Shown here: positions 62,394 to 64,000 of the stretch, one piece after another
Layout of the letters: every line of letters starts with the position of its first letter
Position numbering within the stretch: position 1 is the stretch's first letter
Source: Azolla caroliniana
Lineage: Eukaryota; Plantae; Polypodiophyta
Assembly: GCA_043228905.1 (NCBI GenBank)
Contig: JBHGNT010000021.1
Span: forward strand, 7,502,001 to 7,566,000
DNA: 64,000 nt
Direction: 5' to 3'
Notes under the pieces: generated by a model
Told to the model about the DNA's origin: nothing
Database searches by the model: none
What the model saw: the letters and a program-made list of their open reading frames with translations, nothing else
Position numbers and translations under genes: made by a program

Positions 62394-64000
62394 TGTTGTC
62401 CATAGGCCAAAAATAGAAATTAGTTAAATATAATACGCCGGAAGTAAGGCGAGTAGGTAAGGGAGAATTAGGTAAAACGCTGAGTTTCGAGCCTCACAGT
62501 TAGCCGACCGCTCGGCGCTGTATGAAGGAAAAGAAGTATTTAAACCGAGGTCTGCGTACCTCGGCAGGAGAGGGATATCCAGAGCCTAGGCAAGGTCGTT
62601 ACATAGATATAAAAGCTTTGTAAGGCTACCCGATGTGGGCCGTTGTTTTTTTGTAAACATCGCTAACGATTATAGTAATACATATCTATTTGCTCTTATT
62701 GTTTTCATCTGTGTGTCATCATTTCTAAGGTCTCAACTACGTATACGACCCGGGCTCTATTCCGGGTATGCTCTTCGTGTTCTTCCCTTAACGACACCCC
62801 GTGCACAACAAGTCTTCACGATTATACTTCCCTTGATACCGATAGCTCATAGGCATATTGAAGGTGTTTCCGGCAGAACGGTTAACACAATTTGGCATGC
62901 CCAATTACAGCTGTGAGATCACAGCGAACTACGTTGAAGACAACCTTCAGCCGCCATTACGACGCCCAATCACATTAAGTGGTTTCGGTCATCTGGCCGA
63001 TGCCCTGAGCCAGTCGAAGGCACTTCCGACTCGGCGGTCACTGACCAGTCCTTCCCAGAAACATCGGAGGCTCACCGGTTGCCATCCTTGCCACCTGCTA
63101 CTCGGTCGTGAGTCGAGTCCACACCAACCTCCCCACCAAGTCCTCCAAAGGTCACCCACCCTAACCCTAACCCTTTTCTCGCTTTTTACCGGAAGACTCC
63201 GAATTAGATACCATGTCATATCCCTACCCACGATACACTGACAGCCCCGACGCGGAGTCGCATCTTCGTGCCTTCGTGTCCACCTGGCAGGCCAACCACT
63301 CAACCCAGCGCCTCTCGCCTCCCGAAATCGAGGCCTCAAAAAATGCCGAGTTTACGCTATCCCTCGATGGACAAGCTGCGCGATGGTATTCTGGCCTCGA
63401 CACAGGGGAGTTTGGCACCTTCCACGACGTTCACACACAGTTCCTAGAATTGTTCCATCGCAAGGTGCCCAAACAAGAATTGCTTCGGCAGTTCTTCTCC
63501 ATGCGACAAGAACCGCACGAGACGGTCGCATAGTTCACGATCCGGTTCCGGGATCTCTACAGACAAGTGGCTGACGATGTCTCTGCACAACACATTCCAG
63601 ACGTATTCCTGTCCAGCCTACGAGAGCCTCTACGAATGACTCTTGCACTTACTAATTTTGACAACCAAACGATCGAGCAAGTCATAGCGCGCGTCCTCTC
63701 CCTCGATCGGATTTAGCAAAGCACAACTTTCACTATGAGTTCACTGCAAAGCGCCCTTCCCTAGGAGGACAATCGCTTCCGCCATGCCCTCCAATGCACA
63801 GTTGATTCGGGATCGGGCCATCTGGCCCTTGAATGTCCTCACCGACCACTGTGTCTGATCTGCCAGTCCCGATCCCACACTGTTGAACACTATGAATACA
63901 ATATGCTCAACCGCACAACGACGGCTCCGGTTCGCCAGATCGAGCCTCGGGATACATACTCTCATCAGGACGAGCGCCAATCCTATCGGAACCAGGATAA
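62394..64000 (+). mobile_element. Ty3/gypsy element E (5' LTR, PBS, gag) inserted in A2 RT; runs off the window
   Basis: LTR 62394-62887 (TGTTG...TAACA). Partial PBS TGGCATGCCCA 62893-62903 (tRNA-Arg-like). Retrotransposon gag 63213-63900 (EFTLSLDGQAARWY, FLELF, MRQEPHETVA, Cys/His knuckles) with in-frame stops. Confidence 0.82.

Overview
Eukaryotic land-plant nuclear DNA. The TE repertoire suggests a seed-free plant such as a fern or lycophyte, but this is inference. A central island of about 24 kb holds three spliced + strand genes: chloroplast ClpS1 (13013-14601), a ~1337-aa coiled-coil protein with no family I recognise (18034-26198), and an AGCVIII/AGC1 (D6PK-like) kinase with a ~150-aa low-complexity insertion in its N-lobe (33498-36836). 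The island is flanked by two blocks of nested, decayed retroelements (1-12.8 kb and 45-64 kb). These include several Ty1/copia and Ty3/gypsy families, a solo LTR and an RTEX-like LINE. The most notable observation is a Ty1/copia family that keeps Gag-PR-IN but lacks RT/RNase H. It occurs as two independent insertions with an identical deletion junction but diverged LTRs, so it appears to be a propagating non-autonomous lineage, and a related RT-bearing family lies nearby. Also notable are a tRNA-Trp-primed gypsy element with a 4-bp TSD, a LINE with a tetranucleotide tail, a probable GC-AG splice donor and a G-box cluster upstream of the kinase. No CRISPR, rRNA or intact tRNA genes are seen. 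All boundaries and counts were read by eye.
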